IMG/VR virus record: IMGVR_UViG_2563366806_000004
Location: 1 to 44,644 of that record
Source: a virus
Lineage: Duplodnaviria; Heunggongvirae; Uroviricota; Caudoviricetes
Strand: one strand, 5' to 3'
DNA: 44,644 bases
The position numbers were made by a program, and so were the translations under genes. The notes under the pieces are model-generated. The model worked only from the letters and a program-made list of their open reading frames with translations. It ran no database searches and was not told the origin of the DNA. Shown here in pieces: positions 34,907 to 44,209 of the stretch. The first letter of the stretch is position 1; the number at the start of each line of letters is the position of its first letter.

Positions 34907-37163
34907 CGCAGATACGATTAAAGATTTCCTTGTTTCGCTGGGATTCGATATCGATCAGGCTGGCGCTAATAAGTTTGAAGCCGTGCTGAAAGGCGTTACA
35001 GCTAACGTTCTGAAGGTCGGCGCGGTGGTGGAAGGCGCAGCGCTGAGCATTGTCGGATTTACCACTCAGATCGCGAACGGTCTGGATAAAATTTACTGGG
35101 CATCCCAGCGGACGGGGGCCAGTGTCCAGGGCATCAAAGCGCTGGGATACGCCGCATCGCAAACCGGTGCCAGCGCCGAGTCGGCTATGTCCTCCCTCGA
35201 AGGGCTGGCCGGTTTCATGCGTAGCAATCCGGGCGCGGAAGGCTTCCTGAACCGCCTGGGCGTCCAGACTCGCGATGCCAGCGGAAAGATGCGTGATACT
35301 GCGGCCATCTTTACTGGCGTTGGGCAAAAGCTCAACAACATGCCGTATTACCGCGCGAAACAATACGCGCAGATGCTTGGCATCGATGAAAACACGCTGA
35401 TGGCGATGCGGCGCGGCATGAATGGCTTTACCGCCGATTACCAGTCGATGCTGCAAAAGACAGGGTTCAACGCTGATAAAGCGGCTGTTCAGTCCAACAA
35501 ATTCATGACGTCCATGCGCGGGCTTACGTCGCTGTTCGGCATCATGCGGGACAAGATCGGCTCAAACCTCGCTGGTGGCCTGGCTGGTTCGCTGGACAGC
35601 CTGCGGCGGCGCATCCTCGACAATTTCCCGAAGATTGAAGAGACGCTGACCAGAGTTATTAAAGGCGTGATCTGGCTTGCGAACGCATTCACGAGAATGG
35701 CGTGGCGGCTGATACAGGGCGCTGGCTCTGTCATCGACTGGTGGAAGCGTCTTGACGATGGCAGTAAAAATCTGCTGAAAATATTCGGTGCTCTACTTGT
35801 CGCATGGCGTCTGCTTAATTCTGCGTTCCTGAAATCCCCGATTGGAATTATCACCACGCTGATTCTGGCGATCGGATTACTCTATGACGATTATCAGACG
35901 TGGAAAGAAGGCGGTAAAAGCCTGATTGACTGGTCCAAGTGGGAGCCTGCAATAGAAAAGGCGAAAAAGGCAATTCTCTGGCTGCGCGATAAGCTTCTGG
36001 GGCTGAAAGATTCTGTTGGTGGATGGCAGAACTCGCTGGAAATTTTGGCTACTTTCATCGCTGGGGTATGGGTAACAAAAGTATTGGGAGCATTCGCAAA
36101 AATATCCGGTCTTCCGATACCTCCATGGCTTAAATTATGGGGAGCGTATGCTGGTTACCTGGTTTCAGATCGTGAAAACATAAAAGCCAGTGCTAAATCA
36201 TCTTTGGACTATACCAAAAGGAACATTGGTGATGCTCTTGCTACGGTTGGCATCAAAACCGACCTTGGGCGAAAAGATGTTAGCGAGGTAAGAGAATGGC
36301 CCGCATGGATGGATTGGCTGCATGGTGGCCCAGGTAAGATTATTCGTCAGGCGCAAAGCAATGGCGTCGTTTATGGCGATAATGTTCAGCCTGACATTCC
36401 CGGGGCGGAACAGCATGTTCGTAGTAATGAAATTGCCCCGCATGAAAGAGATGAAATAAAAAACCGTCAGCAGGCTGCTAATGGTTATCTTGAAAAAATC
36501 TCAGACGGGATTGCCAAAATCGGTAATTTATTTTTCTCCCCGGCTGGAGCTGCTGAAATCTCTCCAAATATATCGGGTGACCCCTCCCAGTTTGCGCAAT
36601 CAGTCAAACGTCCACAGGCCACAGCCCAGGGCAAAGTATTGCTCGACTGGATGGGGCCAATGTTCAATAAACTTGAGTCGCTTTATCAACTTCCAGCTGG
36701 TCTATTGAAAAGTGTGGCGATAACCGAGTCAGGTGGTAACCAGTTCGCCATGTCCGGCGCAGGCGCGAAAGGTCTGTTTCAGTTTATGGATGGTACGGCG
36801 CGCGACATGGGCCTTCGCGGAAACGATGTATTCGACCCGCAAAAGTCAGCTCAGGCCGCAGCTAAGTACCTCAGCCAGCTGTTGCGGCAGAACGGCGGAG
36901 ACCTTAGCAAAGCACTGGCATCATATAACTGGGGGATCGGGAATGTTAAGCGCTATGGCATGGGGTTAATGCCGCAGGAAACGCGTAACTACATTCCGAA
37001 AGTAATGAGCAACATGCCCACCAGCGCCCCGGTGATTCAGCAGGAAACGAATATTAACATCCACGGCGTTTCCGATCCGCGCGAGGCTGCCCGTTTGACT
37101 GTTGATCGTCAAAAGGGCGTGAATTCACAGTTAACCCAGCAACTCCCCGCAGGACCGAGATAA
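34896..37163 (+). CDS. Tail tape measure protein with C-terminal lytic transglycosylase (SLT) domain
   Basis: 755-aa ORF after the frameshifted chaperone; C-terminal AITESGGNQFAMSGAGAKGLFQFMDGTARDMGL...YNWGIGNV resembles the SLT domain. Confidence 0.65.
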   Translation: MSGNADTIKDFLVSLGFDIDQAGANKFEAVLKGVTANVLKVGAVVEGAALSIVGFTTQIANGLDKIYWASQRTGASVQGIKALGYAASQTGASAESAMSSLEGLAGFMRSNPGAEGFLNRLGVQTRDASGKMRDTAAIFTGVGQKLNNMPYYRAKQYAQMLGIDENTLMAMRRGMNGFTADYQSMLQKTGFNADKAAVQSNKFMTSMRGLTSLFGIMRDKIGSNLAGGLAGSLDSLRRRILDNFPKIEETLTRVIKGVIWLANAFTRMAWRLIQGAGSVIDWWKRLDDGSKNLLKIFGALLVAWRLLNSAFLKSPIGIITTLILAIGLLYDDYQTWKEGGKSLIDWSKWEPAIEKAKKAILWLRDKLLGLKDSVGGWQNSLEILATFIAGVWVTKVLGAFAKISGLPIPPWLKLWGAYAGYLVSDRENIKASAKSSLDYTKRNIGDALATVGIKTDLGRKDVSEVREWPAWMDWLHGGPGKIIRQAQSNGVVYGDNVQPDIPGAEQHVRSNEIAPHERDEIKNRQQAANGYLEKISDGIAKIGNLFFSPAGAAEISPNISGDPSQFAQSVKRPQATAQGKVLLDWMGPMFNKLESLYQLPAGLLKSVAITESGGNQFAMSGAGAKGLFQFMDGTARDMGLRGNDVFDPQKSAQAAAKYLSQLLRQNGGDLSKALASYNWGIGNVKRYGMGLMPQETRNYIPKVMSNMPTSAPVIQQETNINIHGVSDPREAARLTVDRQKGVNSQLTQQLPAGPR

Positions 37164-37777
37164 TGGATATTTTATCAGCGATTTTTCGCCAGCAATCCCG
37201 GCGAATTGGAATATTAATCCCCAGCGTGGTTGTTTCTGAAAAGCATTCTGATGCGCTCGAAATTACTGAGCACCCGGTGGAGAAGCCAACAACGAATAGC
37301 GCTTCGGGCTTCATCGCCGATCATGCGTATAAGCGCCCAAGCGAAGTCACGATGGAATGCGGCTTCGCTGGTGGCGGTTCATTGCTGGACTTCATTGATA
37401 CATCGTCAATCGGCCTCAGCGCCGGACTTAGCCCGAAAGAGACATACCAAAAGCTGCTGGATATGCAGCTTGAGCGCGTACCGTTCGATGTGGTTACCGG
37501 GAAGAGGGTGTACACCAATATGCTGGTGCGTGCCATTGAGGTGACGACCGATAAAACCAGCGAGAACGTGCTGAACTGCACGCTTACCCTGCGTGAAGTG
37601 ATCATGTCGCAGACATTTAAAAAGCAGGTCGCAGATAAGTCGGATATGCAGGATGGTGTCAGTACGTCAGCAGTGCAGAATTCCGGGACGAAATCGGTTA
37701 CATCGGTGAATGATTCGCTCTTGGGGCAGGTCACGGGTGCGAGTAAGGTTGGCGGACGTTATCAGTTACCTTTCTAA
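37163..37777 (+). CDS. Putative tail/baseplate protein
   Basis: 204-aa ORF, ATGA overlap with the tape measure gene. Confidence 0.4.
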   Translation: MDILSAIFRQQSRRIGILIPSVVVSEKHSDALEITEHPVEKPTTNSASGFIADHAYKRPSEVTMECGFAGGGSLLDFIDTSSIGLSAGLSPKETYQKLLDMQLERVPFDVVTGKRVYTNMLVRAIEVTTDKTSENVLNCTLTLREVIMSQTFKKQVADKSDMQDGVSTSAVQNSGTKSVTSVNDSLLGQVTGASKVGGRYQLPF

Positions 37778-37787
37778 TGAGGTTTAT

Positions 37788-38093
37788 ATGCAGTTTAACG
37801 AAATACCGCTTTCTCCTGACAATCAGCAGTTCCGCGTTTTGCTGGGCAATACCACCTATACGCTCAGGATCATCTGGCGCGATGCGGCTGGCTGGATCAT
37901 GGACGTGATGGATAGCGGCGGTGCTGCGCTTCTTTCTGGCGTACCTCTACTGACCGGCGTGAACCTTTTACGACAATTTCCACAGCTTGGCATTGATGGT
38001 GCGCTGGTGGTGGCTACCGATAAGGGGGCACCAGACGAACCCACCAAAACCAACCTCGGCACATACAGCCACCTTATTTTCGTACAGGAGTAG
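37788..38093 (+). CDS. Putative tail/baseplate protein
   Basis: 101 aa from ATG 37788 with RBS upstream (track ORF begins at 37710). Confidence 0.4.
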   Translation: MQFNEIPLSPDNQQFRVLLGNTTYTLRIIWRDAAGWIMDVMDSGGAALLSGVPLLTGVNLLRQFPQLGIDGALVVATDKGAPDEPTKTNLGTYSHLIFVQE

Positions 38094-38095
38094 AA

Positions 38096-39157
38096 ATGTC
38101 TCTTAACTGGATGCGCCATTTTGAGCTGCAACTGTTGGACCAGAACGGGCAGGGCGTTTCCCTGTCTGACTTTAAGGTCACGTTCCAGATCGAGTGGGCA
38201 GACACACGCTGGCCGCGCGTGGCGAACGTGAAAATTTACAACCTTTCGACCGATACCACGAACAAGATACTGGGGCAGGAGTTTGCAAAAATTCGCATCA
38301 TTGCCGGGTATGACGGTATTGCGCCGGATGTTGATGCGAGCCAGGTTGGTGTCGCCCGGGAGATTTCACCAGACCAGGTAGGGCAGGTGAACGGTCAGAA
38401 CTACGGCCTGATATTTGACGGTGATATTCGCTTCACCGTCACCGGGAAGGACAACATTACGGATTCCTGGGTGCTGATTCAGGCCATCAGTAACCACGAA
38501 GCGTTCCTCTACGCGACTACCATCACCACGCTTGCCGCTGGCTATACCGTTGCGGATCTGCACCGGGCGACGATGCAGGATTTCAACGCGTTCGGCGTGA
38601 CGCAGGGCATTACCGGCGACTTTCCTGATACTGTGTTTCCTCGTGGCCGCGCGATTTACTCATCCACCCGTAACGTGATGGACAATATTGCTGCGCAGTG
38701 CAAAGCGACATGGCAGTTAGTGGATGGGCAGGTGCAGATGGTGCCGGAGGATAAATACATTCACGAAGCCATCGTGCTGAATGCCGATACTGGCCTGATC
38801 GGTATGCCGCAACAAACGATGGGCGGCGGAGTAAACGTGCGGTGCCTGATAAACCCAAACATCCGTATTAATGGTCTTATCCAGCTCGATCAGGCTTCGG
38901 TGTACCGCGCCGCGCTCGGCAATAGCGAAATCGCACAGTCGCCCGGGCGTATCACCGAAACAGAAGAGAACGGCAACCGTGTGCTGACCGGCACGACGTC
39001 ACAGGCTGCCAGCATTGCGACGGATGGCGTTTATATCGTCAAAGCTATCGACTATACTGGCGACACCAGAGGTCAGGCGTGGTACATGGATTTGATGTGT
39101 TTTGCGCGTGGCAGCCGCGATTTGCAGAGTAACGCATCACTTAACCGGACGTTTTAA
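38096..39157 (+). CDS. Putative baseplate hub-like protein
   Basis: 353-aa ORF in tail operon. Confidence 0.4.
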   Translation: MSLNWMRHFELQLLDQNGQGVSLSDFKVTFQIEWADTRWPRVANVKIYNLSTDTTNKILGQEFAKIRIIAGYDGIAPDVDASQVGVAREISPDQVGQVNGQNYGLIFDGDIRFTVTGKDNITDSWVLIQAISNHEAFLYATTITTLAAGYTVADLHRATMQDFNAFGVTQGITGDFPDTVFPRGRAIYSSTRNVMDNIAAQCKATWQLVDGQVQMVPEDKYIHEAIVLNADTGLIGMPQQTMGGGVNVRCLINPNIRINGLIQLDQASVYRAALGNSEIAQSPGRITETEENGNRVLTGTTSQAASIATDGVYIVKAIDYTGDTRGQAWYMDLMCFARGSRDLQSNASLNRTF

Positions 39158-39160
39158 AAA

Positions 39161-39511
39161 ATGAAAAAACTCATCCTGATGATTGCTTGCAGCTCTTTTG
39201 TCTTGGCGGGCGTGGCTCATGCTGATTCCCAGTGTGGGCCTTTCCACTTGGGCACGAGCCCGACAAATGATGGATGGGCACGCATTAACGGTGCGAAGCC
39301 TGAAAGTCAGAAGGTAACGTTCCTTAAGCAAAAAGAAGACTACGAGAACATTAAGATGGAATGGCGCATGGCTACTGACCAGCCTGGAAGATGGGTTGGT
39401 CTTGAGTACATCAAGCGCAACGGCAAAGCCATTCTCAACGCACAGTGGTTGCAAGCCAGCATGGATGCGCCGCGTCAGTATGCAACATACGACTGCGTGA
39501 AGGTGAAATGA
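39161..39511 (+). CDS. Secreted small protein (accessory gene inside the baseplate operon)
   Basis: 116-aa ORF with cleavable signal peptide MKKLILMIACSSFVLAGVAHA-DS; two Cys in mature part; no structural-protein features. Confidence 0.55.
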   Translation: MKKLILMIACSSFVLAGVAHADSQCGPFHLGTSPTNDGWARINGAKPESQKVTFLKQKEDYENIKMEWRMATDQPGRWVGLEYIKRNGKAILNAQWLQASMDAPRQYATYDCVKVK

Positions 39512-39540
39512 TGATCCGCATCCTTAAACATCAATAATCG

Positions 39541-39583
39541 TTGATCTCGCGTTTTTATTATGCACTAATCTGTACATGTACAG
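39541..39583 (+). promoter_or_regulatory. Putative promoter and palindromic operator of the toxin-antitoxin operon
   Basis: Perfect 14-bp palindrome CTGTACATGTACAG at 39570..39583 overlapping candidate -10 TAATCT (39566..39571) with -35 TTGATC (39541..39546). Confidence 0.5.
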
Positions 39584-39593
39584 AGAGGGTGCC

Positions 39594-40007
39594 ATGAAAA
39601 TCATTACTTACACGCAAATGCGATCGGATTTATCTGCAACGCTGGACTGTTTACGCTCTGGTGAAAGCGTCACAGTTACGCAGCGCGGAAAGCCCGACCT
39701 TGTCATCAGTGCAAAATCAGTTGATGAAATCGCTTCCGCAGATGAGGTAAAAACATCTGCGAAAACAATAGACACGCATCTTGCGCAATTAATTGCATCG
39801 AATTTGTCACCACAGATAACGGAGGGTGTCATGAAGCTTACTAAGCAATTGGATGCCCTTCTTCAGTCTGATGAGGCTCGCCAGACTATGATGAAGGCCA
39901 CTAATGCAGCAGTTGCTTTGCAGGGCGTGTCTGAGTCATTTATCAAAGCTCTGCAACATACTCAGACCAAGCATGCGGACATCATAAAAAAACTGGAAGA
40001 TAAGTAA
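39594..40007 (+). CDS. phd: Phd/YefM-like antitoxin with extended C-terminal region
   Basis: 137 aa from ATG 39594; N-terminal MKIITYTQMRSDLSATLDCLRSGESVTVTQRGKPDLVISAKSVDE resembles Phd/YefM; stop overlaps doc start. Confidence 0.6.
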   Translation: MKIITYTQMRSDLSATLDCLRSGESVTVTQRGKPDLVISAKSVDEIASADEVKTSAKTIDTHLAQLIASNLSPQITEGVMKLTKQLDALLQSDEARQTMMKATNAAVALQGVSESFIKALQHTQTKHADIIKKLEDK

Positions 40008-40414
40008 TGACTGAGATTACATTCCTTTCGGTAGATGAGGTCATCGCTATTCAGAAGAGCACATTGCCAAATAGCGGACAACCAGACCGGGGAAAACTCG
40101 AAGGTGCCCTCAATCGCGTCGATAACTTACGCATGTATGAAGGATGTGAGGATTTATTTAAATTTGCAGCTATGTACATGGTTGCGATAGCGAAGTCTCA
40201 CGCTTTTAATGACGCCAATAAGCGAACGGCTTTCCAGGCCGCCAGCGTGTTTTTGCTTTTGAATGGCTATGAACTGAATACCTCAATGGAGTTAGTCAAG
40301 CTGACCATCTTTGCTGCTACGGGAGAGGCCGACTGCGATAACACTGCTTTGGCGCTTAAACTTTTGTCAGATTATAAGAATGAGCTGCTGGCAGATACGA
40401 TAACTGGCTACTGA
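40007..40414 (+). CDS. doc: Doc (death-on-curing) Fic-family toxin
   Basis: 135-aa ORF; HAFNDANKRTAFQAASVFLLLNGYEL resembles the P1 Doc Fic-like motif (HIFNDANKRTALNSALLFLRRNG). Confidence 0.75.
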   Translation: MTEITFLSVDEVIAIQKSTLPNSGQPDRGKLEGALNRVDNLRMYEGCEDLFKFAAMYMVAIAKSHAFNDANKRTAFQAASVFLLLNGYELNTSMELVKLTIFAATGEADCDNTALALKLLSDYKNELLADTITGY

Positions 40415-40437
40415 TAGCAAAAAGTAAATTGTACACA

Positions 40438-40461
40438 ACCCGCCGCCGAGCGGGTTTTTTT
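40438..40461 (+). terminator. Intrinsic terminator after doc
   Basis: Stem ACCCGC/GCGGGT, loop CGCCGA, followed by TTTTTTT. Confidence 0.6.
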
Positions 40462-40472
40462 ATGGAGTTTTT

Positions 40473-41213
40473 ATGCCAATTCCAACTCAATCACAGATCG
40501 GCGGCGAGCAGCAGACCGCGCAGGCCATAGCCGATTCGGTGTCTACCCAGATGCGCGTAGCGATGCCAGGCATCATTCAGTCGTTCGATCCTGACGCTGT
40601 AACCTGCACAGTAGAAGTGGCGCTTCGCGGTATTGTTGGCGACGGCTCCACCGAATTAAAACCGCTGGTGGATGTTCCTGTCATCTTCCCGCGCGGCGGC
40701 GGCTGCACGCTGACCTTTCCGGTTAAAGAAGGCGACGAGTGCCTGCTGCTCTTTGCCGACCGTTGCATCGATTTCTGGTGGCAGAGCGGCGGCGTGCAGG
40801 AGACCGTCGACCCGCGCCAGCATGACTTATCTGATGCGTTCGCCATCGTTGGCCCACAGTCGCAAGCACGGAAAATCAGCGGTATCAGTACCAGCGCCGC
40901 GCAGCTGCGAACCGATGATGGTGCGGCGTTTGTAGAAGTCGCCGCAGGACATAACATCACCATTAAAACACCGGGCCAGCTTACAGCTACGGCTGAAGGT
41001 GGAACGACAATCACATCCCCGACTATCACGCTGAACGGCAACGTAACGATTAATGGCAACTTGTCTCAGGGAATGGGCGAAAGCGGCGGTACTGCGACGA
41101 TGCTTGGGCCGGTGACGGTAACGAATGACGTAACAGCTTCTGGTATCAGTGTCGCCACGCATAAACATGGCGGAGTACAGACTGGCGGGGGAACTACCGG
41201 AGGGCCGCAATAA
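40473..41213 (+). CDS. Baseplate central spike protein (Gp138 N-terminal-domain-like)
   Basis: 246-aa ORF; LVDVPVIFPRGGGCTLTFPVKEGDECLLLFADRCIDFWW resembles the Gp138_N domain; C-terminal Gly/Thr-rich repeats. Confidence 0.5.
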   Translation: MPIPTQSQIGGEQQTAQAIADSVSTQMRVAMPGIIQSFDPDAVTCTVEVALRGIVGDGSTELKPLVDVPVIFPRGGGCTLTFPVKEGDECLLLFADRCIDFWWQSGGVQETVDPRQHDLSDAFAIVGPQSQARKISGISTSAAQLRTDDGAAFVEVAAGHNITIKTPGQLTATAEGGTTITSPTITLNGNVTINGNLSQGMGESGGTATMLGPVTVTNDVTASGISVATHKHGGVQTGGGTTGGPQ

Positions 41214-41566
41214 TGCGATACCGTCGCGAAGATACTGAAGGCGATTACACTTTCGGCCAGGGTGACGATACTTTCCTTATCGACAGTCCGGAATGTGTCG
41301 CCCAGGCCGTAAAAACCCGTTTCGAGCTGTGGCGCGGTCAGTGGTTTCTCGATCTGACGGAAGGCACGCCGTATGTTCAGTCAGTGCTTGGGAAGCAGCG
41401 ATCAGATGTCTACATCCTGGCTATACGCGAACGCATACAGGATACACCGGGCGTTCTGTCGATTCTTTCCTTCGATACCAATTATGACGGCACCAGCCGA
41501 CGCGTCACTTTCACTTCCTCCATTGACACAATCTACGGCCAGACGACTGTAAAAAGCGAGGCATAA
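41213..41566 (+). CDS. Putative baseplate protein
   Basis: 117-aa ORF between spike and baseplate-J-like genes, ATGA overlap. Confidence 0.4.
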   Translation: MRYRREDTEGDYTFGQGDDTFLIDSPECVAQAVKTRFELWRGQWFLDLTEGTPYVQSVLGKQRSDVYILAIRERIQDTPGVLSILSFDTNYDGTSRRVTFTSSIDTIYGQTTVKSEA

Positions 41567-42766
41567 ATGGCTTTGAACCTCGACACGCTGGGGCTATCGG
41601 CAACGGTAACCGCCCAGGGGATTAGTGCGCCTGATTACCAGACAATCCTAGATACACTGACCAGCTATTTCAGGCAGATTTACGGTAGTGATGCCTACCT
41701 CGAACCAGACAGCAAAGACGGGCAGATGGTCGCGCTGGTGGCTCTTGCCGTGCATGACGCTAACAACACCGCTATCGGGATCTACAACTCTTTTTCACCG
41801 ACGACAGCGCAGGCCGCAGCGCTTAGCAGCAATGTGAAAATTAACGGGATCACGCGAAAAGTAGCGACAAACTCTACTGCTGACCTTCTGTTAACCGGTA
41901 CGGCAGGCACGACTATCACGAATGGCTCCGCACGGGATAAAAACGGCATTATCTGGAATTTTCCCGCAAGTGTAGCGATCGGCGTTGATGGTACTGTGCT
42001 GGTGACGGCCACATGTGCGAATAGCGGTTCGGTTGCTGCGATGGCCGGGACTATCACCACCATTAATACACCGACTCGCGGCTGGGTGTCGGTAACCAAC
42101 CCGGCTGCGGCTACTGTCGGATCACCAGCTGAAACCGACGCAGAGCTGCGCATTCGGCAGGGGCAAAGCGTCGCGCTACCATCGATCACACCGTTTGAAG
42201 GTGTCGACGGTGCAATAGCTAACGTTGCTGGCGTGACACGTCACAAGTTGTATGAGAACGACACAGGAACAACAGACAGCAACGGGCTGCCGCCGCACTC
42301 AATTTCCGCCATCGTCGATGGTGGGGATGTTACCGAAATAGCCCAGACCATCAGGGGGAATAAAGGACAGGGAACGGCAACCTACGGGACAACTTCTGTC
42401 ACGGTGCCGGATACTTATGGTAATCCTCACGTCATCAGTTTTTCGCGCTCTACCGACGTACCGATTTTCGTAGCCATTACCCTGAAAGTTTTTACCGGGT
42501 ATACCTCTCAAATCGGCGAGCAGATCAAACAGGCTGTTGCCGACTATATTAATGGCCTGACAATTGGCGACGACGTTCTGCTGAGCCGTATTTATTCCCC
42601 GGCAAACCTCGGCGTTGTGAGCGGCGGGAATGCCCGCTATTACGATATTACCGACCTGCTGATCGGTAAGTCGTCTGGCAGCGTATCGGCATCAAACATT
42701 GATATTGCCTATGATGCTTCAGCGTTCTGTAGCACCGCGAATATCAGTATCACGGTGACCTCATGA
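41567..42766 (+). CDS. Baseplate J-like protein
   Basis: 399-aa ORF in the position and size expected of baseplate J; followed by tail fibre genes. Confidence 0.45.
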   Translation: MALNLDTLGLSATVTAQGISAPDYQTILDTLTSYFRQIYGSDAYLEPDSKDGQMVALVALAVHDANNTAIGIYNSFSPTTAQAAALSSNVKINGITRKVATNSTADLLLTGTAGTTITNGSARDKNGIIWNFPASVAIGVDGTVLVTATCANSGSVAAMAGTITTINTPTRGWVSVTNPAAATVGSPAETDAELRIRQGQSVALPSITPFEGVDGAIANVAGVTRHKLYENDTGTTDSNGLPPHSISAIVDGGDVTEIAQTIRGNKGQGTATYGTTSVTVPDTYGNPHVISFSRSTDVPIFVAITLKVFTGYTSQIGEQIKQAVADYINGLTIGDDVLLSRIYSPANLGVVSGGNARYYDITDLLIGKSSGSVSASNIDIAYDASAFCSTANISITVTS

Positions 42767-43443
42767 GCAAATACACCGAACTGATCACTAACTACCACGC
42801 TACCAAGCCACTCTTTTTTGACCATATAGATCTGAGCACCCGCCCGCTGATTGATGTGTCCAGCACTATGTCAGGGCTTATAACAGCCTTCGATATCGAT
42901 ACTGCTGTCGGTGTACAGCTCGACATCCTCGGTCTGTGGATCGGACGCAGTCGCATAGTCAGCCAGCCAATTAGCGGAGTTTATTTCAGCTGGGACACTG
43001 ACGGGCTTGGGTATGACCAGGGCATCTGGCAAGGGCCATATGATCCTGATTCTGGCTATACGACGCTAAGCGATGAGACGTACCGCATCATTCTGAAAGC
43101 GAAAATCGCTATCAACAACTGGGACGGTCGGAACGACTCTCTGCCTCCCATCCTTGACGCTGCTACCGCAGGCTCAGGCCTGAGGATGCAGATCGTCGAC
43201 AACCAGGACATGACGATTTCGGTCTGGGTTTTCCCTGAAACTGATATTTCTGATGTGTCTCTCGAACTGATCGCCGCTATCAAACATGGCTATCTCACCG
43301 TTAAATCAGCTGGCGTATGGGCCGGTGATGTTGAAACGCCTTCGGTAGAAACACCGTCAGAAGGCTCTAAATTCTTTGGGTTTGATATGGATAACGAATA
43401 CATCGGCGGGTTCGATGTTGGAGCATGGGGGACAATACTCTAA
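42763..43443 (+). CDS. Putative baseplate/tail protein
   Basis: 226-aa ORF, ATGA overlap, immediately upstream of the tail fibre gene. Confidence 0.4.
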   Translation: MSKYTELITNYHATKPLFFDHIDLSTRPLIDVSSTMSGLITAFDIDTAVGVQLDILGLWIGRSRIVSQPISGVYFSWDTDGLGYDQGIWQGPYDPDSGYTTLSDETYRIILKAKIAINNWDGRNDSLPPILDAATAGSGLRMQIVDNQDMTISVWVFPETDISDVSLELIAAIKHGYLTVKSAGVWAGDVETPSVETPSEGSKFFGFDMDNEYIGGFDVGAWGTIL

Positions 43444-44207
43444 TGGCAATAAACAACTTTAAACCTTTCGCGCTTGATCCGAACGCTAACGTCACCTCAC
43501 AAGCTGACTGGGAAGCACTTCCGGCTCTGCTTTCAGGGTTTACGGCAGGTAAAGCATCCAGCGCACAGGTCAACAAAGCTATTCGGCAAGCCAGCTTTAT
43601 CGCGGCAGCGTTGGCGCAGTACACCGCCAACAAAAGCAGGCTGGATGTGCTTGATGATGGAGACCTGAACGGGTTTATATCCAAAATGGGGACCGCTTTC
43701 GGGAAAGATTTCCAGGCGCTTGACGCCACGCTGACGGCATTGGCTGGTCTAGCAACTGGTGCAAATAAACTCCCGTATTTCACTGGAACTGATAAAGCAG
43801 CTCAGACTGATTTAACTTCTGTTGGCCGTGACATTATTGGGAAAAATACTATTGCTGACATTCTCACATACCTTGGTTTGGGAGAAGCGGCGAAAAGGAA
43901 TGTGGGGACTGGGGCGAATCAGATACCTGATATGTCATCATATGCATCAGGTTCAGGCTGGCGAAAAATGCCAGATGGTTCAATTGAACAGTGGGGACGA
44001 ATTAATTTCCCGACTAACGCCGCGGCGGTATCTACAAATGTGACTTTCCCCATTCCTTTTACGCAGGAGCCAGACGTAGTGATTGTATATGACGGCGGTT
44101 TTGGTGGTGGGAATATGTGGGGCGCAACTAACTGGACGAAAACAGGTTTCGTTGCTCATTGTAACTATGGCTTTGAAGGTGGAGCCTTCTACGCGAAAGG
44201 GCGTTAA
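43443..44207 (+). CDS. Tail fibre protein
   Basis: 254 aa from ATG 43443 (overlaps upstream stop); MAINNFKPFALDPNANVTSQADW N-terminus; followed by assembly protein gene. Confidence 0.55.
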   Translation: MAINNFKPFALDPNANVTSQADWEALPALLSGFTAGKASSAQVNKAIRQASFIAAALAQYTANKSRLDVLDDGDLNGFISKMGTAFGKDFQALDATLTALAGLATGANKLPYFTGTDKAAQTDLTSVGRDIIGKNTIADILTYLGLGEAAKRNVGTGANQIPDMSSYASGSGWRKMPDGSIEQWGRINFPTNAAAVSTNVTFPIPFTQEPDVVIVYDGGFGGGNMWGATNWTKTGFVAHCNYGFEGGAFYAKGR

Positions 44208-44209
44208 TT

